A DNA stretch of 38,509 nucleotides from Bacteroidota bacterium (GTDB lineage Bacteria > Bacteroidota > Ignavibacteria > UBA10030 > F1-140-MAGs086): NCBI GenBank assembly GCA_005792205.1, contig SXSO01000133.1, positions 1-38,509 on the forward strand, read 5' to 3'. The notes below the pieces were generated by a model, which did no database searches, was not told the DNA's origin, and saw only the letters and a list, made by a program, of their open reading frames with translations. Positions within the stretch are counted from its first letter, which is position 1. Every line of letters begins with the position of its first letter. The translations under genes and the position numbers were made by a program. Below, in pieces: positions 1 through 10,160 of this stretch.

Positions 1-49
1 AAAAAACTTTGTATCCCATTTTCTTTTAACGACGATAACGACTAAAAAC
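1..49 (-). repeat. Edge-truncated third copy of the conserved 3' flank that follows T9SS-CTD genes
   Basis: Reverse complement of 1..49 reads gtttttagtcgttatcgtcgttaaaagaaaatgggatacaaagtttttt. This aligns with the sequence just after the stop codons at 10016.. and 32585.. (GTTATC-TTAAAA box, then GGGA(C/T)AC stem arm). The window edge cuts the hairpin. Confidence 0.6.
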
Positions 50-3000
50 TTATTTTACTAAAATCATTTTCTTCATTTCGGAAAAGTTATTTGTCGTGAG
101 TTTATAAAAATAAATTCCACTGTTTAGATTATTTGCGTCAAAATCAATTTCGTAATATCCCGCATTTTTATTTTCATTCACAAGTGTTTTTATTTCACGA
201 CCTAAAACATCAAACACTTTTAAATTTACAAATCCACTTTTTGCAATTTCATATTTTATTTTTGTTTTCGGATTAAATGGATTTGGATAATTTTGTTTCA
301 AAGAAAATTTTGTTGGAATAAAACTTATTTCATCATTTACACCAACTAACACACTCAAATTTATATTTGCAAAAATTGTGTCGGGAGAGTTTCCATATAT
401 TTTATATTTTGCAAAATAGTTTCCTGGCAAAATTCCATTGGGATGAATTCTTACATCAACAATAGTGCTATCAAGAGGCAAAAGTATTCCAAAATTTTTA
501 TCCACAGAAACCCAAGATAAAAGATCTTCTGTAAATAAAACCGCAAGATTATTATGCACATAATTTGCGTTATTTACAACTTGAAGAGCCGTTGTTCCAT
601 TTGCGTTTTCAATTCCAACTGTTGCAGAATTGAGAGATCCAATCATTGTGTTGTATTGAACTATTACATTTCCATTTTGTTCTATAATCATTTGAAATGT
701 TACGCGATGTCCTTGATTTATGCTTCTTGCAACATTTGTAAATTGGACAATGAATTTTCCATTCGCATTGTAGTAATGAACTTCACCACCACTTGCTTGC
801 GGATTTAGGTCATCCCAAAATCCATAAATTGCATTATTAGGAATAGAAGTAGAGGGAATTGTTCCATTCATAGAAGCGGCTGAACTTGACGTGAAACTTA
901 AAAATCCATTTGAACAAACGCGAACGGAATCAAAATTATTTTCATAAAATGGGAATGAAAATCCAAGTGCAAATGGACCAACAATTTCATTATTTACAAG
1001 TTGAAGTTGTGTTCCAACATTTCTAATGTCAATCCAATTATATCTTGGACCATCACCTTCATCGCTATCTCTCCATATATATCCAAAACGATCAGGACCT
1101 CCTCTTCCTTCAATTGCAGAAGGCATTATCTCATCAATTTCAAAGAAGAGTGTATCTGTTCCACTATTTCGCAATGACATTTGTTGATGAAGAGTATCTT
1201 CTGTTGCTTGTGATGTAAATGAAAATGTGTTTGGAAAAACTTGTATATGAGCAATTCCAACCGCTTTTGCTTTTAGAAAAACTTCAGCAAAAGGAATATA
1301 GGGTGAATTGCTTGTGAAAGAAATTTTTCCACTGTCGCTTCCGGGAGTTTGTCGCGAATAGTGAATCAAAAACAAAACAGATTGATTTGTAGAAATTATT
1401 GCACTTGTTGGATAAAGTGTGAAATAAGAATTATTGGAACTTGCAGAAATTTCCAAATCGGTTAATCCACCGTTTTTTACAATCACAGAATCAGTTGCCA
1501 TTTCGTTTAATCCAACAACGCCAAAATCAATATTTGTTCTATTCAGCAACATCAAAGCAGAATCAGCAAATTGAACTTGAAGATTAGCAGAAACAATAAT
1601 TGCATCATCAATATCAGGATGAGAAATATTTACAAAAAGATTCGCATTGTAATTTTGACTTATTTCTAATCCTGTTGCATTTAGATTGACAGCGATTTCT
1701 TTTGTTTCATTTGGTTGTAAAATTCCATTCATTGGAGATGCAGAAATCCACGATGCATCTGGAAGGAAAAATTTTAACGCAAGTTCGTTGTGTAAATATG
1801 AAGCATTGAATACAGTTTGAAGTCCAATTGAACCATTGTTATTTTCAATTCCAATTGTTGTTGAAGTAATTGTTCCACCGTTAATTCCCATTTCAAGATA
1901 TTGAATTAAAATTTCACCATTTGGTTTTAAAATGTATTCATAAGTATAATCGGGATTATTTACATTATAGCGATGAATGTTTGTGAATTGAATGACAAAA
2001 TTTCCATCAACTAACTGATAATAAATTTTACTTTGACTAACAATTTCCAAATCATCCCAAAATCCTGCAATTATATTGTCTATTCCTCCTCCTGGAGTTG
2101 GAATTTGAGCATTTGTATATGTGTTTTGTGAAATAGAGTCAAAAGCCAAAAACCCATTAGAGGAAATATAAACACTCGTATAAGTTTCGCCATAGAATCC
2201 AAATGGGAATGGAATTGGAATGCGAATATATCCTTCATCTTGTCCTGAAAAAGTTCCTGTTGGTGTCCAATTAGATGCTGAATCAATCATTATTCCAGTT
2301 GATGAAATATCTAACCAATTAAATTCTGGACCGTTACTTTCATCAGAATCAATCCACTCGTAACCAAATTCATCAGGACCTCCACTTCCTTCAGTTTGAG
2401 TAATTCCACTGCGAAAATCTTCTTCATCTTTTTTCAATTCGTCATATGAAAAATTTACAGATTGTATATTTCGTTCTTTCCTTTTTTGCTCTCGTTTCAT
2501 TGCATTATCATCAGAAATACGAAATGGAACTTCGCTATTTGTAGTATTCGTTAAAGTTAAAATATGTGTTGACGTTTGACCATTTGCAAGTGTATCAGAA
2601 ATTTCTTGTGGAAGAACTTCTACAACAGATTTTAAACTTACTTCCATATTGTATGTTTGGTTTTCAATGATTTCTATATTTTCAAAAACTTGCGTTGCAA
2701 AAGGAGATGGAGCATTTACAACAACTTTGTAAACTCCTTGTGGAAGAGGAGTTGTAAAAATCCCATTTATTGAATCAGTTGCACCCTCTACAACAACTTG
2801 ATCGTTGAAAAATATTTTTACATTTGATGAAATTATAATATTTGCATTGTCAAAAGTGTGAATTAAAAGCATTCCACCGGGAGCAGGAAAAAGTTCAATA
2901 TTTTTTTCAACAGTATCATCCAAGGCAATTGTAATTGTATCTGTGAAAGTTATAAACCCAAATTTTTGAGCACGAATTGTATAAGTAGCAAATGTATTTG

Positions 3001-4606
3001 GCGTATCAATTTTTGCATATACAAGAAATTTTCCTTCATCATTAGTTACAGATGAAACTTGTAAAATGCTATCTGTGAAATCTACATTCACATCACTTAC
3101 AGCATTTCCATTGCTTGTAACTGTTCCACTTACTTTTCCAACATTTAACGGAAGTGAAAGATATGTTTTCCAAACATCTATGATTCCTTTTCCATAATCA
3201 TTATCTTCGCCAACGGTTCCCAAGTCCGTTGCACTTTTGTAGAGATAATATTTAAGTTCAGTTCCCGTTAAAAATGGAGCTGCTTGACGAAGTAAGGCAA
3301 TTGCTCCTGCAACATGTGGAGAAGCCATTGACGTTCCATCAAGATATCTAAATCCATTTGTTCCCGTTGCTGAACGAACATTTACTCCGGGAGCAGAAAC
3401 TTCTGGTTTGATTGTCATTGAATCTGGTCCTGGACAAATTGATGGACCACGACTACTAAAACTTGCTATTGGATATGTTGGAGTATTTCCATCAACTGCT
3501 CCAACAGAAAATATATTTACCGCAGATGAAATTCTATTTTTTGGAGGAGTAATAGTTGATGGACTTGGTCCAGAATTTCCTGCTGAAAAAACAACTGCTG
3601 TTCCAAGTGCTTCCACCGCATCAATTACATCCCAATATCCTCCCGCTCCGTTACATTGAGATGATGCAACTTCGGGATCATACCAAGAATTATTTATTGC
3701 ATCAGGAACATCATTCATTGTGTTGATATTGCTATCAGGATTTGCGGCCCATTGAAACGCTGCAATTGATTTGGACGTATGAGGGGATGAGGTTAATGTT
3801 TTTGCTGCAATCCATTGGGCTTGTGGAGCAACGCCTAATGTGTCGTGAGATGATTCATAAAGTCCGCACATAATTCCCATTGTATGAGTTCCATGTTGAC
3901 TTCCTCCATCGCCATCAGTTGGAAAATTAGTATTTGTTTCAGGATCAAACCACGCCCATTTGGGATTTATTCCAACTTGTGTTCCTCTCCATCTTGTCTT
4001 GAACGAAAGATTATTTCCTTCAACACCAGTATCAATATTCATAACTAATCTTCCAAGTCCCGTTATTCCAATTTCCCAAAGTTTATTTGCTTTAATTGCA
4101 CGAAGTCCCGGTTCGCTTGCATTTGGATTTGCAGATGTAAGTTGATTATTTAGTGGGTTTTCTCTTTTCAAAAGAGCATCATAATAAATCATTTCAACTT
4201 CATCAAACTCAGCAATTTCGTAAATTACATTTGGAGTTGCTTTTAATGCAATAAGATTTCTTATCCAAAATAGTTGAATGTCAGAAATAGATTCATCATT
4301 TTTGAATATCTCAATTTTATCCATAAAAATTGGTTGCGACTGTTCTGTTACTGTTTGAAGTGCTGTTATGATGGTATTATATCTAAATTCTGGTGAAACT
4401 CTTTTTCCAAAACCAACTGATTCTTGAAGCAAAATTTCCATCTGTTCCAAATCAACTTGGTCTTTCATATAAATTATCACGGGAATTTTTTCAATTGAAG
4501 ATGCTTCATTTAATTTTTTTTCTAATGCAGCATCAATTTCTGCAAATGATTTACTGGAGATTAAAAAAAGAATAATAAAAATAATATTACTGACTATTTT
4601 CTTCAT
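50..4606 (-). CDS. Secreted multidomain subtilisin-family (S8) serine protease with T9SS C-terminal sorting domain
   Basis: ORF 50..4747. Preferred start is the ATG at 4606, giving the signal-peptide-like N-terminus MKKIVSNIIFIILFLISSKSFA. Subtilase triad motifs are NIDTGV (Asp), HGTHTMG (His) and GTSMASPHVAG (Ser), with an I9-like propeptide upstream. There are two GGPD(E/R)FGY-W-DSDE modules. The C-terminus NYPNPFNPKTKI...LGREIKTL...GIYFYKLTTNNFSEMKKMILVK matches the T9SS type A CTD pattern. Confidence 0.9.
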   Translation of the reverse strand: MKKIVSNIIFIILFLISSKSFAEIDAALEKKLNEASSIEKIPVIIYMKDQVDLEQMEILLQESVGFGKRVSPEFRYNTIITALQTVTEQSQPIFMDKIEIFKNDESISDIQLFWIRNLIALKATPNVIYEIAEFDEVEMIYYDALLKRENPLNNQLTSANPNASEPGLRAIKANKLWEIGITGLGRLVMNIDTGVEGNNLSFKTRWRGTQVGINPKWAWFDPETNTNFPTDGDGGSQHGTHTMGIMCGLYESSHDTLGVAPQAQWIAAKTLTSSPHTSKSIAAFQWAANPDSNINTMNDVPDAINNSWYDPEVASSQCNGAGGYWDVIDAVEALGTAVVFSAGNSGPSPSTITPPKNRISSAVNIFSVGAVDGNTPTYPIASFSSRGPSICPGPDSMTIKPEVSAPGVNVRSATGTNGFRYLDGTSMASPHVAGAIALLRQAAPFLTGTELKYYLYKSATDLGTVGEDNDYGKGIIDVWKTYLSLPLNVGKVSGTVTSNGNAVSDVNVDFTDSILQVSSVTNDEGKFLVYAKIDTPNTFATYTIRAQKFGFITFTDTITIALDDTVEKNIELFPAPGGMLLIHTFDNANIIISSNVKIFFNDQVVVEGATDSINGIFTTPLPQGVYKVVVNAPSPFATQVFENIEIIENQTYNMEVSLKSVVEVLPQEISDTLANGQTSTHILTLTNTTNSEVPFRISDDNAMKREQKRKERNIQSVNFSYDELKKDEEDFRSGITQTEGSGGPDEFGYEWIDSDESNGPEFNWLDISSTGIMIDSASNWTPTGTFSGQDEGYIRIPIPFPFGFYGETYTSVYISSNGFLAFDSISQNTYTNAQIPTPGGGIDNIIAGFWDDLEIVSQSKIYYQLVDGNFVIQFTNIHRYNVNNPDYTYEYILKPNGEILIQYLEMGINGGTITSTTIGIENNNGSIGLQTVFNASYLHNELALKFFLPDASWISASPMNGILQPNETKEIAVNLNATGLEISQNYNANLFVNISHPDIDDAIIVSANLQVQFADSALMLLNRTNIDFGVVGLNEMATDSVIVKNGGLTDLEISASSNNSYFTLYPTSAIISTNQSVLFLIHYSRQTPGSDSGKISFTSNSPYIPFAEVFLKAKAVGIAHIQVFPNTFSFTSQATEDTLHQQMSLRNSGTDTLFFEIDEIMPSAIEGRGGPDRFGYIWRDSDEGDGPRYNWIDIRNVGTQLQLVNNEIVGPFALGFSFPFYENNFDSVRVCSNGFLSFTSSSAASMNGTIPSTSIPNNAIYGFWDDLNPQASGGEVHYYNANGKFIVQFTNVARSINQGHRVTFQMIIEQNGNVIVQYNTMIGSLNSATVGIENANGTTALQVVNNANYVHNNLAVLFTEDLLSWVSVDKNFGILLPLDSTIVDVRIHPNGILPGNYFAKYKIYGNSPDTIFANINLSVLVGVNDEISFIPTKFSLKQNYPNPFNPKTKIKYEIAKSGFVNLKVFDVLGREIKTLVNENKNAGYYEIDFDANNLNSGIYFYKLTTNNFSEMKKMILVK

Positions 4607-4867
4607 TGCGATTTCTTGTTTGTTAGTTAAAAAATTTGAGTGAATATACAAACTTATTTTGCCAAAAATGAGTAAGTGAAGTAATTTTTTTATAAATAAA
4701 TCATATAAATTTTGATGGCACATTTTTTTCCAATAAAAGTGCTCCATTTAATTTATCTATCTCATTTAATTTGTATCAAAAGGAAAGTTGTTTTATGTTA
4801 AAAAAAAAATTTGTACTTTTTGCAAGTATTTTTCAATTTATTACTTATTATAAAAGAAGAGGTTTCT

Positions 4868-7800
4868 ATGCAATATTTAATACGATTTTTGATTTGTCTT
4901 TTACTTTTTCAAGTTTCTTTTTCACAAAACGAGTGGAAAAAATTAGAAACGAAAAACGATGAACAAAGTTTGCTCCAATGGGAACAACTTAAACAAAACG
5001 GAAAAATTCCAATTCCAAATGAAATAAAAAATAATGAAGTTCCTCAAATAAATTTTTCACAAAAATCAAATTCTTTCAACACGCTTTTAATTCCACTCGA
5101 TAACAGTTTTACAACAGCAGGATTTCCAACAACTCAACGAAGCGATGATGGTTCAACAAACATAATTACACTTCCATTCACCTTTGATTTTTATGGAATA
5201 AGTTATACAACAGTTTATGTGAACAATAATGGAAATATTTCTTTTGGAACACCCTTTACCACATATTCATCGGTTTCATTTCCAATAAATGATTATCCAA
5301 TGGTTGCTCCATTTTGGGCGGATGTGGATACTAGAAATTTATCAAGTGGATTAGTTTATTATAAACTTGAACAACATCGTTTTACTGTAATTTGGAATGA
5401 AGTTGGTTATTATAATAAAAAAGTTGATAAGAAAAATACATTCGAAGTTATTGTTACTGATGGACTTGACACAACAATTGGAATTGGAAATAATGTTGCT
5501 TTAAGTTTTGGAGATATGCAATGGACAACGGGTGATGCTTCTGGTGGAAGTGGTGGATTTGGTGGCACTCCTGCAACAGTTGGAATAAATAAAGGAGATG
5601 GAACAAACTATGCTTTGATTGGAAGATTTAATCATGCGGGAACTGATTATGATGGTCCTAGTGGAAATAACGATGGAATAAGTTATTTAGATTTTCAAAC
5701 ATTTACTTTTTATGTTGGGCAAGCAAGCAATAACATTGCCCCAATTGCACAAGGTTTGCCAAGTGGAAATATTTACAAAATTAATTCTGATTCTACTCTT
5801 TCCGATACAATCTCATTTTTAAGTCCTGAAACAAATCAAACAACTCACACAACTGTAGATTATGGAGATTTGACAAATTTCAATTTTACTTCCACAGATG
5901 GAAATGTTTCAAAAATAATTTTTAGTTATTCTCCAAATGTTTTAGATATTGGCACATATCCATTGATATTAACCGCAATTGATAATGGACTTCCTCCTGA
6001 AACTACAATGGTTTCTCTTGCAATTAAAATTGCTTCGTCAAAGGGAAATATAACAGGAAATAATTTTAACGACGCAAATGGAAATGGAATTAAAGATGCA
6101 AACGAAAGTGGACTTCAAAATTGGAAAATTTTTCTTTCGCAAAACGAGATTACAATTGACTCTACTTTAACTGATGTAAGTGGAAATTATTATTTCACAC
6201 TCCTTGAACCGGGAAATTATACTATTTCACAAGAAATTCAAAATGGATGGAGACAAACATTTCCAAGTTCAACTCATTTGGTGACAGTTGTTGCGGGAGT
6301 TACTACGCAAAATATAAATTTTGGAAATGTGCAATCGTCATCAATTTCAGGATTAAATTTTTTTGATGCAAATGGAAATGGAATTAAAGATGCAAACGAA
6401 AATGGACTTCAAAATTGGGAAATTTTTCTTTCGCAAAATGAAATTACAATTGATTCTATTTTGACTGATGCAAATGGAAATTATATTTTTTCAAATTTAA
6501 TTCTTGGAAATTATGTTGTAAGCGAAGAGCATCAATTAGGATGGAGACAAACGTTTCCTATTTCACAAACATATTCACTTACAATTTCAAGTGGAGAAAA
6601 TATTACAAACATTGATTTTGGAAATACAAATCTTGGTTCAATTTCAGGATCTGTTTTTAACGACATAAATGGAAATGGAATCAAAGACGTAAACGAGATT
6701 TCAATTTCAAATCAAGAAATTGTTTTAAGTGGTTCAATCAACAATTCTACTTTCACTGATGCAAATGGAAATTATATTTTTGAAAACATTTCTCCCGCTA
6801 CATACTATATTTCGCAAAATCTTTCGCAAGAATGGTTGCAAACACTTCCACAAAATTCTAATTATACAATTCAGCTTGGAAATGGAGAAATATCCATAAA
6901 CAACAATTTTGGAAATTTTAAATATGGAAAAATTACGGGATTTAAGTTCAATGATTTAAATGTAAATGGAGTGAGAGATTTAAGTGATGTTGTAATTTCA
7001 AACTGGAAAATTTATTTGAGTGGAGCAAAAGTTGATTCTACGCTTACAGATGCAAGTGGCAATTACACATTTCCAAATTTAATTTATGGAACTTATACAA
7101 TTCGCGAAGAACAAGTAAGTGGATGGATTCAAAAAACAGCAAATCCAAGTAATGTAAATGTTGTTAGTGGAACTTCTGCTGACGGAAAAATTTTTGGAAA
7201 TTTTCAACCATTTTCTGTTTCGGGAAATGTATATGAAGATTTAAATGGAAATGGAACAAAAGATGAAGGTGAACCAAGTTTATCAAATTGGAAAGTAAAA
7301 CTTTCTGGAACAAAACAAGATTCCACTTTAACTGATGCAAGTGGAAATTATATTTTCCAAAATTTGGGTGTTGGAGTTTATTCTGTAAAACAAATTGTTC
7401 AAACTGGTTTTGTGCAAACACACAATAATCCACCAAGTTATAGTTCTGTTCCAGGAACAAGTATTACAAATGTAAATTTTGGAAATTTCAAAAAAGTTGA
7501 ATTTTCAGGAAATGTTTTTAATGACCATAATGGAAATGGCATTAAAGATATTGAGGACGTTTCGCTTTCAAGTTGGGAAATAACTTTGAGTGGAACAATG
7601 AATAAAAAAGATACAACAGATGAACTTGGAAATTACAAATTCACAGAAATTATTCATGGAACTTACAACATTTCTGAAACTGTAAAAAATGGATGGATTC
7701 AAACAAGTCCAAGTTATTTTAACATAAAACCAACAAGCAGAATAAATATTTGGAATTTGGATTTTGCCAATTTTGAACTTGGTTCAATTTCAGGAAAATT

Positions 7801-10015
7801 GTTTAACGATAAAAACGGGAATTCAATTTTTGATGTTGATGAACTTCCAATTTCAAATAGTGTTGTAACTTTGGGTGCTTCAACACATGTTGAAACTACA
7901 ACAGATACAAATGGCGATTACAAGTTTTCTAATCTTATTCATCAAAATTATGTTGTGAATCAAATTGTTGCACAAAACTGGATTCAAACATTTCCTGAAA
8001 ATTCATATTCAGTTGAAATTTTTAGTGGAGATAAAATTCAAAATAAAAATTTTGGAAACTTTGAACTTGGAAAAATTATAGGAACTGTTTGGAACGACAA
8101 AAATGGAAATTCAATTAGAGATGAATTTGACAATGGAATTGAAAACTGGAAAGTTTATCTTTTAAATTCCAATTCAGAAGTTATTGACAGTGTTTTGACA
8201 AGTTCAACCGGTGATTATGAAATTGATGGCATTGTTACTGGAACATATACAATTAAAGAAAAAATTCAATCTCATTGGAGACAAACATTTCCTGAAAATT
8301 TAACTCATTCAATTTCAATTGAAAGTGGAACAATCATTTCAAATATCAATTTTGGAAATGTAAAACTTTCTTCCATAAGTGGAATAAAATTCAATGATAT
8401 CAATGTCAATTCCATTTTTGATGAAGATGAATTTGGTATTGAAAATTGGAAAATTTTTATTTCACAAAATGAAATTACAATTGATTCTACTTTCACCGAT
8501 GTAAATGGAAATTATGTTTTTGAAAATTTAGATTTGGGAACTTACACAATTTCAATGGAAGCAAAAGATGAGTGGATTCAAACATTTCCCGAAAATAGTT
8601 TTTACGAAATTACAATTGATTTTGGTAAAGACAGTTCAAATAATAATTTTGGAAGTTATCATTTGAGCACAATTATTGTTCACAAATTTTTGGATGTCAA
8701 TAATGATTTAGCAACAAGCGAAGATAGAATAAATATTGTTTGGCCAATTTCAATTTATAGAAATGATACACTTCTAATGTTTAGCGGAGATACAAGTTTA
8801 GTGCTTTATAATTTGCCTCCTGCAACTTATAAAATTGTGCAACGCGATTCAATGTATTGGACTCAACTGGGAATTATTGTAAATGAAAATGAAAATATTG
8901 ATTCAACAAATCGTTTTATCGAAGTTACTATTGACAATGGGACAATTCTCAATGTAAATTTTGTAGATAAATATGTTCCCGATTATGTGAAATATCGTTC
9001 GTTTGCGTTATCTACAAGTTTTGCAGAAAAACCGGTAAAACTTAAACTTAAAAAAGGTTCACCACCACCACTTGCTACAATTGCAAATGTGAGAGATACT
9101 ATTGCGAAATCACTTGGAGGACTTATTGTTGGAATTGCTCAACCGAAAACAAGTCCATATGCAAAAACTGTTGGATGGATAAAGTGGAAAACTGGTGCAG
9201 ATGTTTCAAAATTTTATACTTCAATTGATACGGGAAAATCGTATCCTCTTGATTCAATAAGATTTAGTGGAAAGAAAACAAAACCGTTTTTGAAAGAAAA
9301 TAAACCCGCAAAGAAAACTTATGTAAATCCACTTGCTCAATCAATGGGAATTTTCCGTTTAAATTTGGAAGCAACAAGTCGTGGAGTTGTGCAAAGTGAT
9401 CCTGTTGGATATGATTACAGAGATTTGATATTTCTTCAACAAGGTAATTTATTTAATGGAATGTCGTTGAAAGAAATTGGTGATAGAGTTGATTCAATGA
9501 TGACATTTTGGCAAAACTATACAACTGAAATTGGAATTTCTGTTCCAACTTATGATACAATAAATTCAATACTTGTGAGATTAAATTCAGCATTTTCTAC
9601 TTCAATTGATACAACTGATATCACAGATTTAACATATCAATTTCTCACATTGAAAAGTGAAATTGCGGTTACAGACATTCCGTTTTTAATTCGCAATAGA
9701 GATTTGAAACTCCAAACATTTTCATTTGTAAGAAACGAAAGTTTTCCACAAGAATTTTCTCTTTCACAAAACTTTCCAAATCCGTTTAATCCGAATACAA
9801 CAATTTCATTTTCGTTAGTGGATAATGAATTTGTTTCGTTAAAGATTTATGATATTTTAGGACGAGAAATAAAAACACTAATAAACAATGAAGAAATGGA
9901 AAGTGGATTTTACGAAATTGATTTTGATGCAACAAACTTAAATAGTGGAATATATTTCTATAAACTCACAACAAATAATTTTTCCGAAATGAAGAAAATG
10001 ATTTTAGTGAAATAA
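4868..10015 (+). CDS. Giant secreted adhesin-like protein: NIDO-like domain, cadherin/Ig-like segment, 9-10 SdrD-B-like Ca-binding repeats, unknown ~260-aa region, T9SS C-terminal sorting domain
   Basis: ORF 4811..10015. Preferred start is the ATG at 4868 (MQYLIRFLICLLLFQVSFSQ signal-like). NIDO-like string: FDFYGISYTTVYVNNNGNISF...VAPFWADVDTR...NTFEVIV. Repeated D-NGNG-KD--E ... TD--GNY-F--L--G-Y motif. C-terminus NFPNPFNPNTTI...GIYFYKLTTNNFSEMKKMILVK. Confidence 0.9.
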   Translation: MQYLIRFLICLLLFQVSFSQNEWKKLETKNDEQSLLQWEQLKQNGKIPIPNEIKNNEVPQINFSQKSNSFNTLLIPLDNSFTTAGFPTTQRSDDGSTNIITLPFTFDFYGISYTTVYVNNNGNISFGTPFTTYSSVSFPINDYPMVAPFWADVDTRNLSSGLVYYKLEQHRFTVIWNEVGYYNKKVDKKNTFEVIVTDGLDTTIGIGNNVALSFGDMQWTTGDASGGSGGFGGTPATVGINKGDGTNYALIGRFNHAGTDYDGPSGNNDGISYLDFQTFTFYVGQASNNIAPIAQGLPSGNIYKINSDSTLSDTISFLSPETNQTTHTTVDYGDLTNFNFTSTDGNVSKIIFSYSPNVLDIGTYPLILTAIDNGLPPETTMVSLAIKIASSKGNITGNNFNDANGNGIKDANESGLQNWKIFLSQNEITIDSTLTDVSGNYYFTLLEPGNYTISQEIQNGWRQTFPSSTHLVTVVAGVTTQNINFGNVQSSSISGLNFFDANGNGIKDANENGLQNWEIFLSQNEITIDSILTDANGNYIFSNLILGNYVVSEEHQLGWRQTFPISQTYSLTISSGENITNIDFGNTNLGSISGSVFNDINGNGIKDVNEISISNQEIVLSGSINNSTFTDANGNYIFENISPATYYISQNLSQEWLQTLPQNSNYTIQLGNGEISINNNFGNFKYGKITGFKFNDLNVNGVRDLSDVVISNWKIYLSGAKVDSTLTDASGNYTFPNLIYGTYTIREEQVSGWIQKTANPSNVNVVSGTSADGKIFGNFQPFSVSGNVYEDLNGNGTKDEGEPSLSNWKVKLSGTKQDSTLTDASGNYIFQNLGVGVYSVKQIVQTGFVQTHNNPPSYSSVPGTSITNVNFGNFKKVEFSGNVFNDHNGNGIKDIEDVSLSSWEITLSGTMNKKDTTDELGNYKFTEIIHGTYNISETVKNGWIQTSPSYFNIKPTSRINIWNLDFANFELGSISGKLFNDKNGNSIFDVDELPISNSVVTLGASTHVETTTDTNGDYKFSNLIHQNYVVNQIVAQNWIQTFPENSYSVEIFSGDKIQNKNFGNFELGKIIGTVWNDKNGNSIRDEFDNGIENWKVYLLNSNSEVIDSVLTSSTGDYEIDGIVTGTYTIKEKIQSHWRQTFPENLTHSISIESGTIISNINFGNVKLSSISGIKFNDINVNSIFDEDEFGIENWKIFISQNEITIDSTFTDVNGNYVFENLDLGTYTISMEAKDEWIQTFPENSFYEITIDFGKDSSNNNFGSYHLSTIIVHKFLDVNNDLATSEDRINIVWPISIYRNDTLLMFSGDTSLVLYNLPPATYKIVQRDSMYWTQLGIIVNENENIDSTNRFIEVTIDNGTILNVNFVDKYVPDYVKYRSFALSTSFAEKPVKLKLKKGSPPPLATIANVRDTIAKSLGGLIVGIAQPKTSPYAKTVGWIKWKTGADVSKFYTSIDTGKSYPLDSIRFSGKKTKPFLKENKPAKKTYVNPLAQSMGIFRLNLEATSRGVVQSDPVGYDYRDLIFLQQGNLFNGMSLKEIGDRVDSMMTFWQNYTTEIGISVPTYDTINSILVRLNSAFSTSIDTTDITDLTYQFLTLKSEIAVTDIPFLIRNRDLKLQTFSFVRNESFPQEFSLSQNFPNPFNPNTTISFSLVDNEFVSLKIYDILGREIKTLINNEEMESGFYEIDFDATNLNSGIYFYKLTTNNFSEMKKMILVK
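6044..8665 (+). repeat. In-frame tandem array of nine ~95-100-codon SdrD-B-like repeats, plus one degenerate unit to about 8975
   Basis: The period is 294 nt between units 1 and 2 (gcaaatggaaatggaattaaagatgcaaacgaaa at 6074 and 6368). Each unit carries the D-NGNG-(K/R)D motif and ends in NFGN. Units 1, 2 and 9 share a near-identical NW(K/E)IF-SQNEITIDS core at the nucleotide level. Confidence 0.85.
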
Positions 10016-10041
10016 AGTTTTTGTTATCGTCGTTAAAAATT

Positions 10042-10072
10042 GGGACACGAAGTTTTTTTGTGTCCCTTTTTT
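10042..10072 (+). terminator. Rho-independent terminator hairpin after the adhesin-like gene; A-run on the left makes it look bidirectional
   Basis: The stem gggacac (10042..10048) pairs with gtgtccc (10060..10066). It is followed by TTTTTT (10067..10072) and preceded by aaaaatt. Confidence 0.75.
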
Positions 10073-10160
10073 ATTGAAATAATAAACGATTTCATCCAAA
10101 AAATGGAGTATTTTTCTCCAAAATTGGAGTGTTTTTTCACACAAGAAGAGAGTTTTTCCT

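Noticed and set aside
498-506. Perfect DnaA box TTATCCACA
   Set aside because: It is a single isolated copy deep inside the protease coding sequence. One chance occurrence in 38.5 kb of AT-rich DNA (both strands) is not surprising.
4607-4747. N-terminal extensions implied by the ORF-track starts: 4607..4747 for the protease, 4811..4867 for the adhesin, 30953..31042 for the UDG-like gene, 28525..28569 for the methyltransferase.
   Set aside because: Internal ATGs give canonical signal peptides or remove overlaps with neighbouring genes. The extensions have odd composition and, for the adhesin, need a TTG start.
6044-8665. Regular ~294-nt periodicity, considered as a CRISPR or other non-coding array
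   Set aside because: The periodicity is in frame within one long ORF. The units are protein repeats of ~98 aa with a conserved Ca-binding motif. There is no short repeat/spacer structure.
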